This document shows positions 51,923 to 62,490 of a stretch of DNA of 64,000 nucleotides, piece after piece. Positions within the stretch are counted from its first letter, which is position 1; the number at the start of each line of letters is the position of its first letter. The translations under genes and the position numbers were made by a program. The stretch covers positions 21,064-85,063 of the forward strand of contig CBDEUP010000007.1 of assembly GCA_965243315.1 (NCBI GenBank), read 5' to 3'. This DNA comes from Alphaproteobacteria bacterium. GTDB lineage: Bacteria; Pseudomonadota; Alphaproteobacteria; UBA828. The notes under the pieces were generated by a model. The model saw only the letters and a list, made by a program, of their open reading frames with translations, searched no databases and had not been told where the DNA came from.

Positions 51923-53103
51923 TCGGCCGCCCCGCGCATGAGGTTGGCCGATTGCTGAGACAGCAGCTCGCGGACCCTCGGTATGACGCCTTCAGCGAAG
52001 AGCGTCGTGCTCTTTACCGTCTTCCAATGCGGCATGTCGCCCAAGTGCAAGTGGCAGGTGACCCGCGTGCTGTTCGCCTCCGTCACCCATTGCGCGACCG
52101 CCTGGGCCACGCGCTCGGGCGTGCCGGCGACGACACGGAATTGCTCGGTCATGGCATCGAAATCGAATTCGCCGTGCAGGGCCGGGCGCATGACACGCTC
52201 GCGGAATTGCTCGGTCGACAAGTAGCCCGGCGGAAAGAGAAAGCTCGGCGTCACCCGCAAGCAATCTTCGAAAAAGAACTTGATGTGCGGGAGGAACTCC
52301 CGCTCCGCTTCTTCGTCGGTCGGTGCGACGTAAGCGAAGACGTTGATCAGCGGCTTATCCGGCCCCCACTCGTGACCGTAAGCGGCCGATTTCTCGGCGA
52401 GCAGCTCGAAGGTCTGGAGCTGCTTCTTGGTCGGCACGAACACGGAGGCATAGCCGAAGCCGTACTCAGCTGCGAACTCGACGGTTTCAGGGCTTCCGGT
52501 CCCGACGACATAAATCTTGGGATACGGCTTTTGTAGCGGTTTGGGCCAAACGTTCAAATAGCGATAATCGTAGAAGTCGCCATGGTATTCCGTGGGACCG
52601 TCCTCGGTCCACGCCTTCAGCATGATCTCGACCGTTTCTCGGAAACGGGCCCGCGACGTTGCCGGATTTATCGGATGCACCCAGTATTCCATACCGGTGC
52701 CCAAGGGGAGCGCGATCTCCAATCGTCCTCCAGAGAGCACGTCGAGCATGCCGTACTCTTCGGCTACTCTGCTGGGATATTCAAGGTTCACCGGCGTTCC
52801 GAACACGCAGATTTTAGCACGCATCGTCTGCGGAATGAGCGCCGCCGCCATCAGGGCGCATGTCGGCATCATGCTGTAGGAGGTGGCGTGATGTTCGTTG
52901 ACGCAGATGCCATCGAAGCCGAGGCGGTCCGCCAGGACCATCTCGCTCATGTAGCGTTGGTAGAGCTGATGTCCGATTTCGGGATCGTAGATCGTGTTCG
53001 GAAAGTTGACCCAGGTGGCTTCGTATTTCTTGTGATCTTCGGGGTAATGAGCATAAGGCATGAAATGAAAGTAATAGAATTGAACGTCGTTCCCATCGAT
53101 CAT
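51919..53103 (-). CDS. LLM-class flavin-dependent monooxygenase
   Basis: GFDGICVNEHH, PSRVAEEYGMLDVLSGGRL, WPKPLQKPYP. Confidence 0.88.
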   Translation of the reverse strand: MIDGNDVQFYYFHFMPYAHYPEDHKKYEATWVNFPNTIYDPEIGHQLYQRYMSEMVLADRLGFDGICVNEHHATSYSMMPTCALMAAALIPQTMRAKICVFGTPVNLEYPSRVAEEYGMLDVLSGGRLEIALPLGTGMEYWVHPINPATSRARFRETVEIMLKAWTEDGPTEYHGDFYDYRYLNVWPKPLQKPYPKIYVVGTGSPETVEFAAEYGFGYASVFVPTKKQLQTFELLAEKSAAYGHEWGPDKPLINVFAYVAPTDEEAEREFLPHIKFFFEDCLRVTPSFLFPPGYLSTEQFRERVMRPALHGEFDFDAMTEQFRVVAGTPERVAQAVAQWVTEANSTRVTCHLHLGDMPHWKTVKSTTLFAEGVIPRVRELLSQQSANLMRGAAE

Positions 53104-53522
53104 GAAAATTATCCTCCGACTAAACTCTTGCCTAGACTGGATCAGTCATGCTCTTGAACCGGCACTTTTCCACCCCAGCTTCTTCGTGTTCTCGCCCCAA
53201 TATTAGGGAAAAATCCTCTTCTATTGGTACGAGTTGAATGAATGGTATGGGCGAGGCTAGGGGGAGTCAAGGCTCGGAAGTGGCGGATTATTGAGCGGAG
53301 CGAGTTGCGCAAGAGAAAGCGAACTCAGGGCTGTTGTCGTCGCGTTTCGCCAGGCCGAGTCCCCGGTGCAGTGCCAATGTCTGGCCGCGTGCGAAATCGC
53401 CCGCGCCCTCATCGCGTCGCCTCGAGCAGCGCTTGGCCCGCGCGAGCGGTTCCGGATAGTGTCGAGGGCACGAGGCGTTTTCTCGCGATTTTCAGCCGCT
53501 CCGCGCAGAGAGAGGGAGGGCG

Positions 53523-54767
53523 ATGCGCGTTCTCATCGCCGGCGGTGGAATCGGCGGCCTGACGGCGGCGCTCTGCCTGCATGACGCAGGCATCGAGGCC
53601 GTCGTCTACGAGTCGGCGCCTGCGCTGAGAGAACTCGGCGTCGGCATCAATCTCCTGCCGCACGCCGTGCGCGAATTGAGCGCGCTGGGTGTGCAGCCCG
53701 CGCTCGCGTCCACGGCGATCGAGACGGGCGCGCTGGCCTACTACACGAGGTACGGCCAACGGATCCAGAGCGAGCCGCGCGGCCTGAAAGCCGGCTACCA
53801 GTGGCCGCAATTCTCGATCCACCGCGGCCGCTTGCTGATGATCCTGGCCCGCGCCGTGGAAGCACGGTTGGGCTCGTCTTCCATTCGGACCGGACATCGC
53901 TTCGCGCGTTTCGAGCAGGACGACGATGGCGTGACGGCGCACTTCGTCGATCCGGCGACCGGTGCGCCTGTCGGCAGGGATCGCGGCGACGCGTTGATCG
54001 GGGCGGACGGCATTCACTCGTCGGTCCGTGAGATGTTGTACCCTGACGAGGGTACGCCCAAGTTTTCCGGCATCACGATGTGGCGCGGCGTGACTGAGCA
54101 GGAACCCTTCCTCGACGGCCGGACGATGGTCATCGCCGGCAACTGGCACATCAGGGTGGTGGTCTATCCGATCTCGCGGGAGGCGGCAGAGCGCGGCTCC
54201 TCCCTGATCAATTGGGTGGCCGAGATCCGCGACGAGAGCAAGACGGACTGGCGCTGGGAGGACTGGGACCGGCAGGGCAGAAAGGCCGATTTCGTTCCGG
54301 CATTCGGGGACTGGCGCTTCGGCTGGCTGGACGTGCCCCGTCTGTTTCACGGGAGCGAAACCGTGTTCGAGTTTCCAATGGCCGATCGCGATCCGATCGC
54401 ACGCTGGAGCTTCGGCCGAGTGACACTGCTGGGCGATGCCGCACATCCGATGTATCCGAGCGGCTCGAACGGCGCAGCCCAGGCGATTCTGGACGCAAGG
54501 GTCCTGACACGCGCCATCGCAACCCGGCCGGGCATCCTGAACGCTCTCCACACCTACGAGGCGGAGCGCCTCGAGCCAACGGCGGAGGTCGTTCTGCAAA
54601 ACCGCGAGTTTGCGGCGGAGCGCGTCCTGCGTCTGGTCGACGAGCGCTGCCCGCCCGATTGCGACAACATTTTCGATTACGTCGCGCGGGAAGAGATGGA
54701 GGCGATTTCCCGTCGCTACCAACGGATCGCCGGCTTCGACAGAGGCGCGGTCAACAACCCTCTTTAG
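53523..54767 (+). CDS. FAD-dependent aromatic monooxygenase (group A)
   Basis: GGGIGG, GADGIHS, LLGDAAHPM. Confidence 0.9.
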   Translation: MRVLIAGGGIGGLTAALCLHDAGIEAVVYESAPALRELGVGINLLPHAVRELSALGVQPALASTAIETGALAYYTRYGQRIQSEPRGLKAGYQWPQFSIHRGRLLMILARAVEARLGSSSIRTGHRFARFEQDDDGVTAHFVDPATGAPVGRDRGDALIGADGIHSSVREMLYPDEGTPKFSGITMWRGVTEQEPFLDGRTMVIAGNWHIRVVVYPISREAAERGSSLINWVAEIRDESKTDWRWEDWDRQGRKADFVPAFGDWRFGWLDVPRLFHGSETVFEFPMADRDPIARWSFGRVTLLGDAAHPMYPSGSNGAAQAILDARVLTRAIATRPGILNALHTYEAERLEPTAEVVLQNREFAAERVLRLVDERCPPDCDNIFDYVAREEMEAISRRYQRIAGFDRGAVNNPL

Positions 54768-54812
54768 CCCCGATACTGTTGCTTTGAGGAGCGTCCGTCT
54801 TTGACGGACGCG

Positions 54813-55691
54813 TCAGGTCGCGATCTTGTCCAACACCGCCAACAGGGCCTCCGGCTGTGCGAAGAATGGCGAATGGCTGCCGGTCATCCGGTGCACGGTG
54901 GTCGTGCCGCCAATGCCCGACGCATCGACCAGCTCGACCATCCGGTCCTGCGCGCCCGCGGGGATCGCCTTGTCGTCCGCCAGGCGGATGTAGTGCCGCG
55001 CGACCGTGCCGTATCGCTCCGCGCTTATCGCCATCGGCACACCGGCCGTCGAAGCCACCTCGTCGCAGTTCAGCAGGCTGGCGATCGCCGCGAAATAATC
55101 GTCCGAAACGTCGTGGTAGAAGGCCTTTTTCGCCTGGGCGACATAGTCTGGGTCCTGCGAGCGCGGATCGATGCGGAGCCCGCCGGTCTCGGCGGGATCG
55201 GCCATGAACAGCGGCCCGAGCTGCGCGGGCTCGAAGCTGGGATCGCCCAGAATGGCTCCGCCCGTCATGCCGTCGGGCAGCAGGAAGGCGGTCAGGTAGA
55301 CCAGCGCCCGCAGCTTTTCCGGCACCGCTTCCGCGACGTGGGAGATCGTCAGCCCACCCCATGAGTGGCCCACGAGCACCACCTTGCCGTTTCCCAGGCC
55401 GGCCGCGTGGTCGACGGCATCGATCGCCGCCTTTGTCCGGTCTTCCTGCGTGACGCCGGCGACCGGCGACGTCTCGGTCGCGAACGCCGCCTTGTCGAGA
55501 GGCCGCCTCAGAAAGGATTGCGGAATCCGCGCGCGCGTGCCCGCGCCCGGAAGATCGATGGCGATCGAAGCATAGCCTGCCTTGGCGAGCAGGGGCGTCA
55601 TCTCGCTCCACGTCCAGGCGCCGTGCCACGATCCGTGGATCAAGACAAACGCGGGGCGGTCACTGCCCCCGGCCAAATCGCCGCGTGTCAT
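54813..55691 (-). CDS. Alpha/beta hydrolase (methylesterase-like)
   Basis: HGSWHGAW, DLPG, GHSWGG, SHSPF. Confidence 0.88.
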   Translation of the reverse strand: MTRGDLAGGSDRPAFVLIHGSWHGAWTWSEMTPLLAKAGYASIAIDLPGAGTRARIPQSFLRRPLDKAAFATETSPVAGVTQEDRTKAAIDAVDHAAGLGNGKVVLVGHSWGGLTISHVAEAVPEKLRALVYLTAFLLPDGMTGGAILGDPSFEPAQLGPLFMADPAETGGLRIDPRSQDPDYVAQAKKAFYHDVSDDYFAAIASLLNCDEVASTAGVPMAISAERYGTVARHYIRLADDKAIPAGAQDRMVELVDASGIGGTTTVHRMTGSHSPFFAQPEALLAVLDKIAT

Positions 55692-55864
55692 GATTGCCTC
55701 CCCCTCCGTTCGCCCCGCCGTCCTGCGATCCCGTCGGCGGCGGGTCTCTCCCTGCACATGCACGATTGTTGCATACAACGACCCGAAGCCGGTGGCCAGA
55801 TTCGCGGATTGCCGGATGTCCAAGAGAGCACCAGATCTGGCCTGCAAATCGCCGGGCTCGGGAA

Positions 55865-55960
55865 ATGGCTGAGCCGGTCGACCCTCACTGGGATACGTCC
55901 CGCTTCCGAGTGGACGAACGGTTCTCATATTTCGTCGAGGGCATCTGTCGTGCCTTCACC
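55865..55960 (+). pseudogene. AraC-family regulator N-terminal fragment
   Basis: WDTSRFRVDERFSYFVEGICRAF resembles a FeaR-type ligand-domain start; cut by the IS3 remnant. Confidence 0.45.
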
Positions 55961-56155
55961 CACGACCACAACTGTATCCGGCCGCACTCGGCGCCGAACG
56001 GAGACGCGCCCACAGATGCGCGCCGAGCGCTTGAGCGAGTTGAGGGCTTTGCGCCCGGCGCGCGTGCCAACCCATCGACAATGCGCTATGCAGAACCAGG
56101 ACTCTTCTGAACCAGGACTCTCCTTATGAGTGAGGGAGCGAAGGGGCTCTGGCCA
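55961..56155 (+). mobile_element. IS3-family 3' end remnant
   Basis: HDHNCIRPHSA...ARRALE...APGA matches the IS3 OrfB C-terminus; ends in IR-like tgagtgagggagcgaaggggctctggcca; 13-bp duplication gaaccaggactct. Confidence 0.65.
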
Positions 56156-56521
56156 CTTCAGTTGTCTTTGTGAGCCAAGTTCGTGGGTGGTAGAATAACC
56201 GTTGATTAGACGGCTATGTGCCAATGAGCAAGTGTGGCCAAACGCAGCGGTAGCGATCGCTGTCAACTGGTTTTCTGGCGTGTTGCCTGTACGCACTAAG
56301 TGACTGAGCGGAAAGGTGGATCACTCTGAACACTTTCTCGTCGCTTCCTTCCGGCATCGCGCGGAAACCGGACCGGTTGCCACTATGCCGACACTGAGCA
56401 ATAAGCAGAATTTCACGCGAACAAGTCTTGCACCAGCGCCGATTCCGCCGCGAAACTCTGCAAAGAGCCTATCTGACCTGCATTTCCGCGCAACCAACTG
56501 GATCAATTGCCGAGTGAACAC

Positions 56522-58540
56522 ATGGACATTGCAATAGACATGGGCGGAACATTTACGGACGCCATCACCCGGCGGGCCGATGGTTCCTGGTTTGTTGGGA
56601 AATCTGCCACCACGCCAGGAAGGCTGGAAGCAGGCTTCTTGGCCGCGCTGGCCACCGTCTGTGAGGATCCGACCGAAATTTCGGCGTTAAGGCACGGTAC
56701 GACGGTCGTCGTGAATGCACTTCTAACTTCGGATCATCCCGATTGTCTCCTGATCACGACCGACGGTTTCAGAGATGTTTTGGAGATCATGCGTGGGGAC
56801 CGAAAAGATCTGTTCAATCTCGCGCAAAAGAAGCCGGAACCGCTGATCAAGCGAAAGCAGCGATTGGAAGTGCGTGAACGAATTGCCGCGGACGGAAGTG
56901 TCGTTGAGCCGCTTCAAGCGGATGAGATCAAGCGCGTTGTCGATGAGATCGAGGCTTCGGGTGTGCGAAGCGTCGCGGTCTGCCTGTTGTTCTCGTTTCG
57001 AAATCCAGCACACGAGCTCTTGCTGGGAAAATCGATCTCGGAACGCCTGGGCGACAGAGTGTTTGTCTCTCTTTCCCACGAGGTTTTGCCTCACTATCGC
57101 GAGTTTGAAAGGACAAGCACCACCTGCATCAATGCCATTGCCCGTCCCATCATGAGCAACTATCTGGAGGGCTTGGAACGGTCGCTTCCCCATTCCTTGA
57201 CGGAAGACGGATTCCGGATCATGGAGTCTTCCGGCGGCCTTGCAGATCCGCTTCAAACGCGTCGCGTGCCGGTGAAGTCCCTGCTCTCCGGTCCCGCTGG
57301 CGGGGTGATTTTAGCACTTGAGATCGCCAAGGCGCTCGGGCGAAGCAATGTGATCAGTTTCGACATGGGGGGCACGAGCACCGACGTGGCGGCGGTCACG
57401 AACGGAGAACCGGATCGAAATACCTACATCGAGCTCGTGGGATATCCGATCCAAATTCCTTGCCTCGACATCGTCAGTGTCGGCGCTGGTGGTGGCAGCA
57501 TCGCTTGGGTTGATCAAGGCGGGACCATTCTCGTTGGCCCTCGTTCCGCCGGCGCGGTTCCCGGCCCTGCCTGCTATAGGAAGGGTGGTGTGGAGCCGAC
57601 CGTGACTGACGCGGCGATCGCTCTCGGCCGCTACAATCCCCGTTTGTCCATCGGCGGCGGGCTCCGCCTCGACCGGGAACGAGCGTGGAAATCCATTGAG
57701 GCGCTGGCGGCACGACTGGGACTCAGCCGCGAAGAGACGGCGTGGGGCATCTTGCGCATCGTCAACAGCAATATGGCGGATGCAATCCGGTCAATCTCCA
57801 TCGAACGCTCCCGCGACCCGCGCGACTATACCCTGGTTGCATTTGGTGGTGGTGGGGGCGCTCACGGCCTGGAGGTTGCGGCGGAACTGGAGATGTCTTC
57901 CGTGGTCGTTCCCGCCTACCCAGGCGTCGCATCCGCTCAAGGTATGTTACTTGCCGATGGGCGCCGCGAGCGCCTGAAGACGATCTTTACGCCGTTGGCG
58001 GATCTCGAAGCAATGGCGCTCCACGACATGTTCACACAGATGAGCGAGGAAACGCTTGCCGAGCTTCACGACGACGCTAACAACGGCAATGTGGTTGTTT
58101 CCGCTGCACTGGATCTCAGGTACGCCGGACAAACGCACGAGATCACCATTCCAGTCGAGTTAGGGCAGATCGATACCGACAAGGCGGCGGAGAGCTTTCA
58201 CTGCTCTCATGAGGCGCGTTACGGGCATTCGCTTCGTGAAAGCTCAGTCGAAGCCGTGAACATTCGTGTCGCTGCTGTGAGTGTCGCCGAGAACAAGGAG
58301 TTCGGCGCTCCTCGTTGGCCAGAGCTGGAGGTTGGCGATCAACGCCGAGAAGTCTACTGGGGACCCGAACAGGGCTGGCTCGAGACGCAGATTCTCACGC
58401 GTAAAGATGTCGAGACGATAGAGCCGACACTTGGGCCTGCCGTCATCGAACAGTCCGACGCAACCATCGTCGTTCCACCAGACGCCAGCTGCTCGGCGGC
58501 GAAGCCGGGCTTCCTCGAACTGAAGTGGCTTAGACAATGA
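56522..58540 (+). CDS. Hydantoinase A / 5-oxoprolinase ATP-dependent subunit
   Basis: DMGGTFTD, HGTT, SGPAGG, DMGGTSTD, GAGGGS, PTVTDA. Confidence 0.92.
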   Translation: MDIAIDMGGTFTDAITRRADGSWFVGKSATTPGRLEAGFLAALATVCEDPTEISALRHGTTVVVNALLTSDHPDCLLITTDGFRDVLEIMRGDRKDLFNLAQKKPEPLIKRKQRLEVRERIAADGSVVEPLQADEIKRVVDEIEASGVRSVAVCLLFSFRNPAHELLLGKSISERLGDRVFVSLSHEVLPHYREFERTSTTCINAIARPIMSNYLEGLERSLPHSLTEDGFRIMESSGGLADPLQTRRVPVKSLLSGPAGGVILALEIAKALGRSNVISFDMGGTSTDVAAVTNGEPDRNTYIELVGYPIQIPCLDIVSVGAGGGSIAWVDQGGTILVGPRSAGAVPGPACYRKGGVEPTVTDAAIALGRYNPRLSIGGGLRLDRERAWKSIEALAARLGLSREETAWGILRIVNSNMADAIRSISIERSRDPRDYTLVAFGGGGGAHGLEVAAELEMSSVVVPAYPGVASAQGMLLADGRRERLKTIFTPLADLEAMALHDMFTQMSEETLAELHDDANNGNVVVSAALDLRYAGQTHEITIPVELGQIDTDKAAESFHCSHEARYGHSLRESSVEAVNIRVAAVSVAENKEFGAPRWPELEVGDQRREVYWGPEQGWLETQILTRKDVETIEPTLGPAVIEQSDATIVVPPDASCSAAKPGFLELKWLRQ

Positions 58541-60258
58541 CCGACACGAGCGCCGTCGATAGAGATTTCGATCCGATCCAGTTCAGTGTCATCAGAAGTT
58601 CGCTAGTCGCAGTCTCCCGCGAGATGGGGGTTACGCTTCGGCAAACCGCCTATTCGGATATCTTTAATGAGGGCAACGACTTTTCCTGCGGATTGTTTGA
58701 TGCGAAGGCGCGGCTGACAGCGCAGGGTGAGTTCTTGCCCATCCACCTTGGGGCCTTGCAGTACGCTGTGCGTCAGGCGATCGAGGAGCTCGCTCCCCTG
58801 CAGGAATTCAAACCCGGTGACGCCATCATTTCGAACGATCCCTATCGCGGCGGGACCCATCTTCCGGACCTCACGATGGTCAGCCCAATCTTTTACGACG
58901 GCGAACTGGTCGCCTTCGCTGCAAACCGGGCCCATCATGCCGACGTCGGAGGCGCCGTTCCGGGCAGCTTTTACTCTCGGGCGAAAGACAACTTCATGGA
59001 AGGGCTGCGCATCCCCCCAGTCTGGCTATACCGCGCAGGCGAGCGACAGCGTGACGTTTACGAGTTCATTCTCAACAACGTCCGCGTGCCAGCAAACATG
59101 AAGGGAGATCTCGCGGCGCAGGTATCCGCGAACCGCAGTGCCGCTCTGCGATATCAAGCCCTGTGCAAGCGGTATGGCCGGGCCACTATTGCATCCGCGG
59201 AGGAACGATCGCGCGCGGATTCTGAAGCTCGAATGCGCGCGGTGATTAGGTCTTGGCCCGATGGAGAGTACTTCGGCGAAGATATCATGGACAACGACGG
59301 CATTACCGACGAGCCGATTGCGATCCGAGTCAAGGTCGTCGTCAACGGCGACGCTTTGGTGATCGACTACAGCGACACCGATCCGCAGGCAAGTGGACCG
59401 ATCAATTCCGTTCCTTACATGACCGCATCGGCAACCTACCTTTGCCTGCAAGCCGCCACCGATCCAGAAATAGCTCCCAACCATGGTTGCTATCGGCCGA
59501 TCAAGATCGTGTCTCGTGAAGGCACGCTTGTGCACCCAATCTTTCCGGCCCCCTGCACAGCCGGCAACGAGACGTCGCATCGGATTGTCAACGCCTTGAT
59601 GGCGGCGCTTTCGACCATGCCCAACGGTCCACATGTCATTGCTGGCGACCAAGGGTCGTCCAACAACATGCTGCTGACCTGCTACGGCAAGGCTGGAATG
59701 AAAATTCTCTACCAGTATCCCGAAGGTGCGTGGGGGGCGACGCCGGAGAAGGATGGCGAAAGCGCCCTGTTCTCAATCGTCGGGAATTGCCTCAACATGC
59801 CTGCAGAGGCTCTGGAGCTAAAGTTCCCGATCAGGCTACAGCGGTACGAACTGCGGGCGGATTCTGGAGGTGACGGGAAATTCCGAGGCGGGCTCGGAAC
59901 AAGGCGAGATTACGAGATTCTATCCGATGTCGCGGAACTCAGCTTCGTGGCTGACCGCTGTAAGTTCGGGGCCATGGGATTCAATGGCGGCGGCGAAGGC
60001 GCGCCCGGCGCCTATTTGATCGACCGCGGCGACGGCTTCCAACCTGCATCGCCAAATTTCGCATCCAAGGGTGCCGAGATACCTCTAAGAAAGGGGGATG
60101 TAGTAAGCCAGCAGACGGCCGGCGGCGGCGGATGGGGCGACCCTGCAGAACGTTGCGAACTGCGTCGAAACCAGGACCTCGAAGCCGGCTATGTCACGCA
60201 CCCCAAGTCACACGACAATCTCATCGAGGCCAAACCTATCACCTCACACAATAAATGA
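58537..60258 (+). CDS. Hydantoinase B / oxoprolinase subunit
   Basis: NDPYRGGTHLPD, HHADVGG, EGLRIPP, GGGGWGDP; ATGA overlap with subunit A. Confidence 0.92.
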   Translation: MTDTSAVDRDFDPIQFSVIRSSLVAVSREMGVTLRQTAYSDIFNEGNDFSCGLFDAKARLTAQGEFLPIHLGALQYAVRQAIEELAPLQEFKPGDAIISNDPYRGGTHLPDLTMVSPIFYDGELVAFAANRAHHADVGGAVPGSFYSRAKDNFMEGLRIPPVWLYRAGERQRDVYEFILNNVRVPANMKGDLAAQVSANRSAALRYQALCKRYGRATIASAEERSRADSEARMRAVIRSWPDGEYFGEDIMDNDGITDEPIAIRVKVVVNGDALVIDYSDTDPQASGPINSVPYMTASATYLCLQAATDPEIAPNHGCYRPIKIVSREGTLVHPIFPAPCTAGNETSHRIVNALMAALSTMPNGPHVIAGDQGSSNNMLLTCYGKAGMKILYQYPEGAWGATPEKDGESALFSIVGNCLNMPAEALELKFPIRLQRYELRADSGGDGKFRGGLGTRRDYEILSDVAELSFVADRCKFGAMGFNGGGEGAPGAYLIDRGDGFQPASPNFASKGAEIPLRKGDVVSQQTAGGGGWGDPAERCELRRNQDLEAGYVTHPKSHDNLIEAKPITSHNK

Positions 60259-60464
60259 GCGCGCGGAGATTCGAGCAGGTGAAACAGTTTGAGACGTGAT
60301 GTTTGAAGGGCTATGCGCCTCATGGCCACTGGCGCACCATGCGACCTTTCCCCGTCTTCGGGGCTAGGCGGTTTGAGAGTTTTCGGTTTCGATCACAGGG
60401 CTCAAGGGCAGCGGAGCGGCAGTCCGCTGGCGTCGCGCGTCCACGCGCGCGGAGCGCACGATGA

Positions 60465-60925
60465 CCACGGTGTGGATCTTCGTCGTCAGCCGGCTTTGGG
60501 AACGACCCATGCAACGATCCGGACCCCCCTTTTTGAGCCCGCTGCGTGCTGGTGAACCCGGACGCTGGAGCTGTCGATCATCTGAATGTCGCCGTCGTAA
60601 GCCTCGACGATGGCGTCCATAAGCTGATCCCAGACCCCGTTCTTGCGCCAGCGATTGAAGCGGTTGTAGCAGGTGGTATAGGGCCCGTAGCGCTCCGGCA
60701 GGTCTCGCCAGGCGGCGCCGGAGCGGAGCACCCACATGATGCCGTTGAGCACGCGCCGGTCATCCACTCGCGGGACACCGCGCGGCTTGTTCGGCAGCAG
60801 CGGTTCGATCACGCTCCACTCGAAGTCGGTCAGGTCGTAGCGGTTCATCGTCGGACTCCCACAATTTGGGAGCTTGAATCATGCTTCGCTGTCGTCGACA
60901 ACTATCTTATGAGTACAAGGCTTAG
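60465..60925 (-). mobile_element. Truncated IS5-family (IS427-type) element
   Basis: OrfA 60486-60848 (RYDLTDFEW, WRDLPERYG, IDSS); slippery A5G6; OrfB stops after RCMGRSQSRLTTKIH. Confidence 0.85.
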
Positions 60926-61329
60926 CGTGCAGCGGGTGAGAGTTGCTACGTTGATCAACGATGGGCGGTGAACCACGTTAGAGGCTGACAACTGGGCATC
61001 CGCACGCAAGGGAGCGAAGTGGCAACGCAGGCTATTGTGAATTCTTATGGCAGCTATGAGCAGGCTGTCTTGGACGCTATACCATCAATTTGCATAGATT
61101 CTACTTTCTCTGATTCGCACCGGCCGATCAGCACCACAGGTTCACCCAAGATGGTGGTACAGGCAGGAAGAATTCAAGGTATGTGGGAGCGCGAACGGGC
61201 GTGGACTCGCTCCGCCGCAGGTGACTTTGTGATGTCGGCCGGCGAGCACGCAACCTCGTCGGCAAGGCATCTCGGGCATCCCGCGGATTGGGACCGGCCC
61301 CGCGCTCCGCCTGACGGAAGTCAGCATTG

Positions 61330-62490
61330 ATGACTTCTGGACCGAGTATACCGGCAGGCTCTTCGATGCCACCCGTATTCGTTACCGGTTCGGCCGGGCA
61401 TGTCGGCGCCAACCTCGTGCGCCGGCTGCTTGACGAAGGCGTGCGGGTCCGGGTGTTGCTGAGACACGGAGACAACAACGAGGGGCTGGAAGGTCTCGAG
61501 GTCGAACGCGTATTCGGCGACATTCGCGATCTGGATGACACCAGGCGGGCGCTTGCGGGGTGTCGGGGCGTCTATCACTGCGCGGCCTACATCTCGACCA
61601 TCGAAGGCAACCGCGCCCATCGCCGCGACGTGTTCGAGTGCAACGTTCTCGGTACTCGCAACGTGCTGCAGGCGGCGCGGGAGGCGGAGGCCGGCCGGGT
61701 GGTCGTGACGGGCTCGTTCAGCGCGGTCGGATACGACCTGGACGATCCGTCCGCCCCCAGCAACGAGACCATGCAGTTTTATCCCATGGAGCGCACGATG
61801 CCCTACGAGCGCAGCAAGTCGCTGGTCGAGCAGGAGTGCTGGCGCGCGGCGGCATCGGGCCAGGACGTGGTGGTCGCTACCTGCTGCGCGGTGGTGGGGG
61901 GCGCCGACTTTCTCCCCTCAAGACTGGGAAGAACCTTGTGCGACTACACCAACGGCAAGCTCCGTGCCTATGTCGATGGCGGTTTCGAGTTCGTCGCGGC
62001 CCGCGACATCGTCGAAGGGCACCTGCTTTGCATGCGCCACGGCCGTTCGGGCGAAAAGTACATCTTCAGCACCGAGTACAAGACCATCTCCGATATCCTG
62101 GATCTCTACGAGGAGGTCTCGGGCATCCCGCGGCCGCGCCGGCGAATTCCAACCCGCCTCATGCTCGTCTTTGCCGAAGTCGCAAGCTTCTATCTGAGCC
62201 GGGTTCACCCGGGCTTTCCCCAGCGCTTCACCCCCGGTGCCATACGCCTGTTGCGAAAGTGCCGCCACGCCGACATCTCCAAGGCAAAACGGGAGCTCGG
62301 CTATCGGCCGACCGGCATCCGCGCCGCGGTTCATGAGGCCTACGCGTTCCACTACGGCCGCAACAAGATCGCGAACCCGCACGCGAAGCGCCCGCGCGAG
62401 GATGCCGCGAATCACCGTGTCGCGCGAGAGGAGGGCGATCCCGCACCGGACCAGGGCATGCGGATGATGGCGGGCGGGAGCGCGACATGA
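61330..62490 (+). CDS. NAD(P)-dependent extended SDR (3-beta-HSD/HpnA-like; candidate sterol demethylase SdmB-type)
   Basis: VTGSAGHVG, HCAA, YERSK; coupled to Rieske and ERG24-like genes. Confidence 0.8.
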   Translation: MTSGPSIPAGSSMPPVFVTGSAGHVGANLVRRLLDEGVRVRVLLRHGDNNEGLEGLEVERVFGDIRDLDDTRRALAGCRGVYHCAAYISTIEGNRAHRRDVFECNVLGTRNVLQAAREAEAGRVVVTGSFSAVGYDLDDPSAPSNETMQFYPMERTMPYERSKSLVEQECWRAAASGQDVVVATCCAVVGGADFLPSRLGRTLCDYTNGKLRAYVDGGFEFVAARDIVEGHLLCMRHGRSGEKYIFSTEYKTISDILDLYEEVSGIPRPRRRIPTRLMLVFAEVASFYLSRVHPGFPQRFTPGAIRLLRKCRHADISKAKRELGYRPTGIRAAVHEAYAFHYGRNKIANPHAKRPREDAANHRVAREEGDPAPDQGMRMMAGGSAT

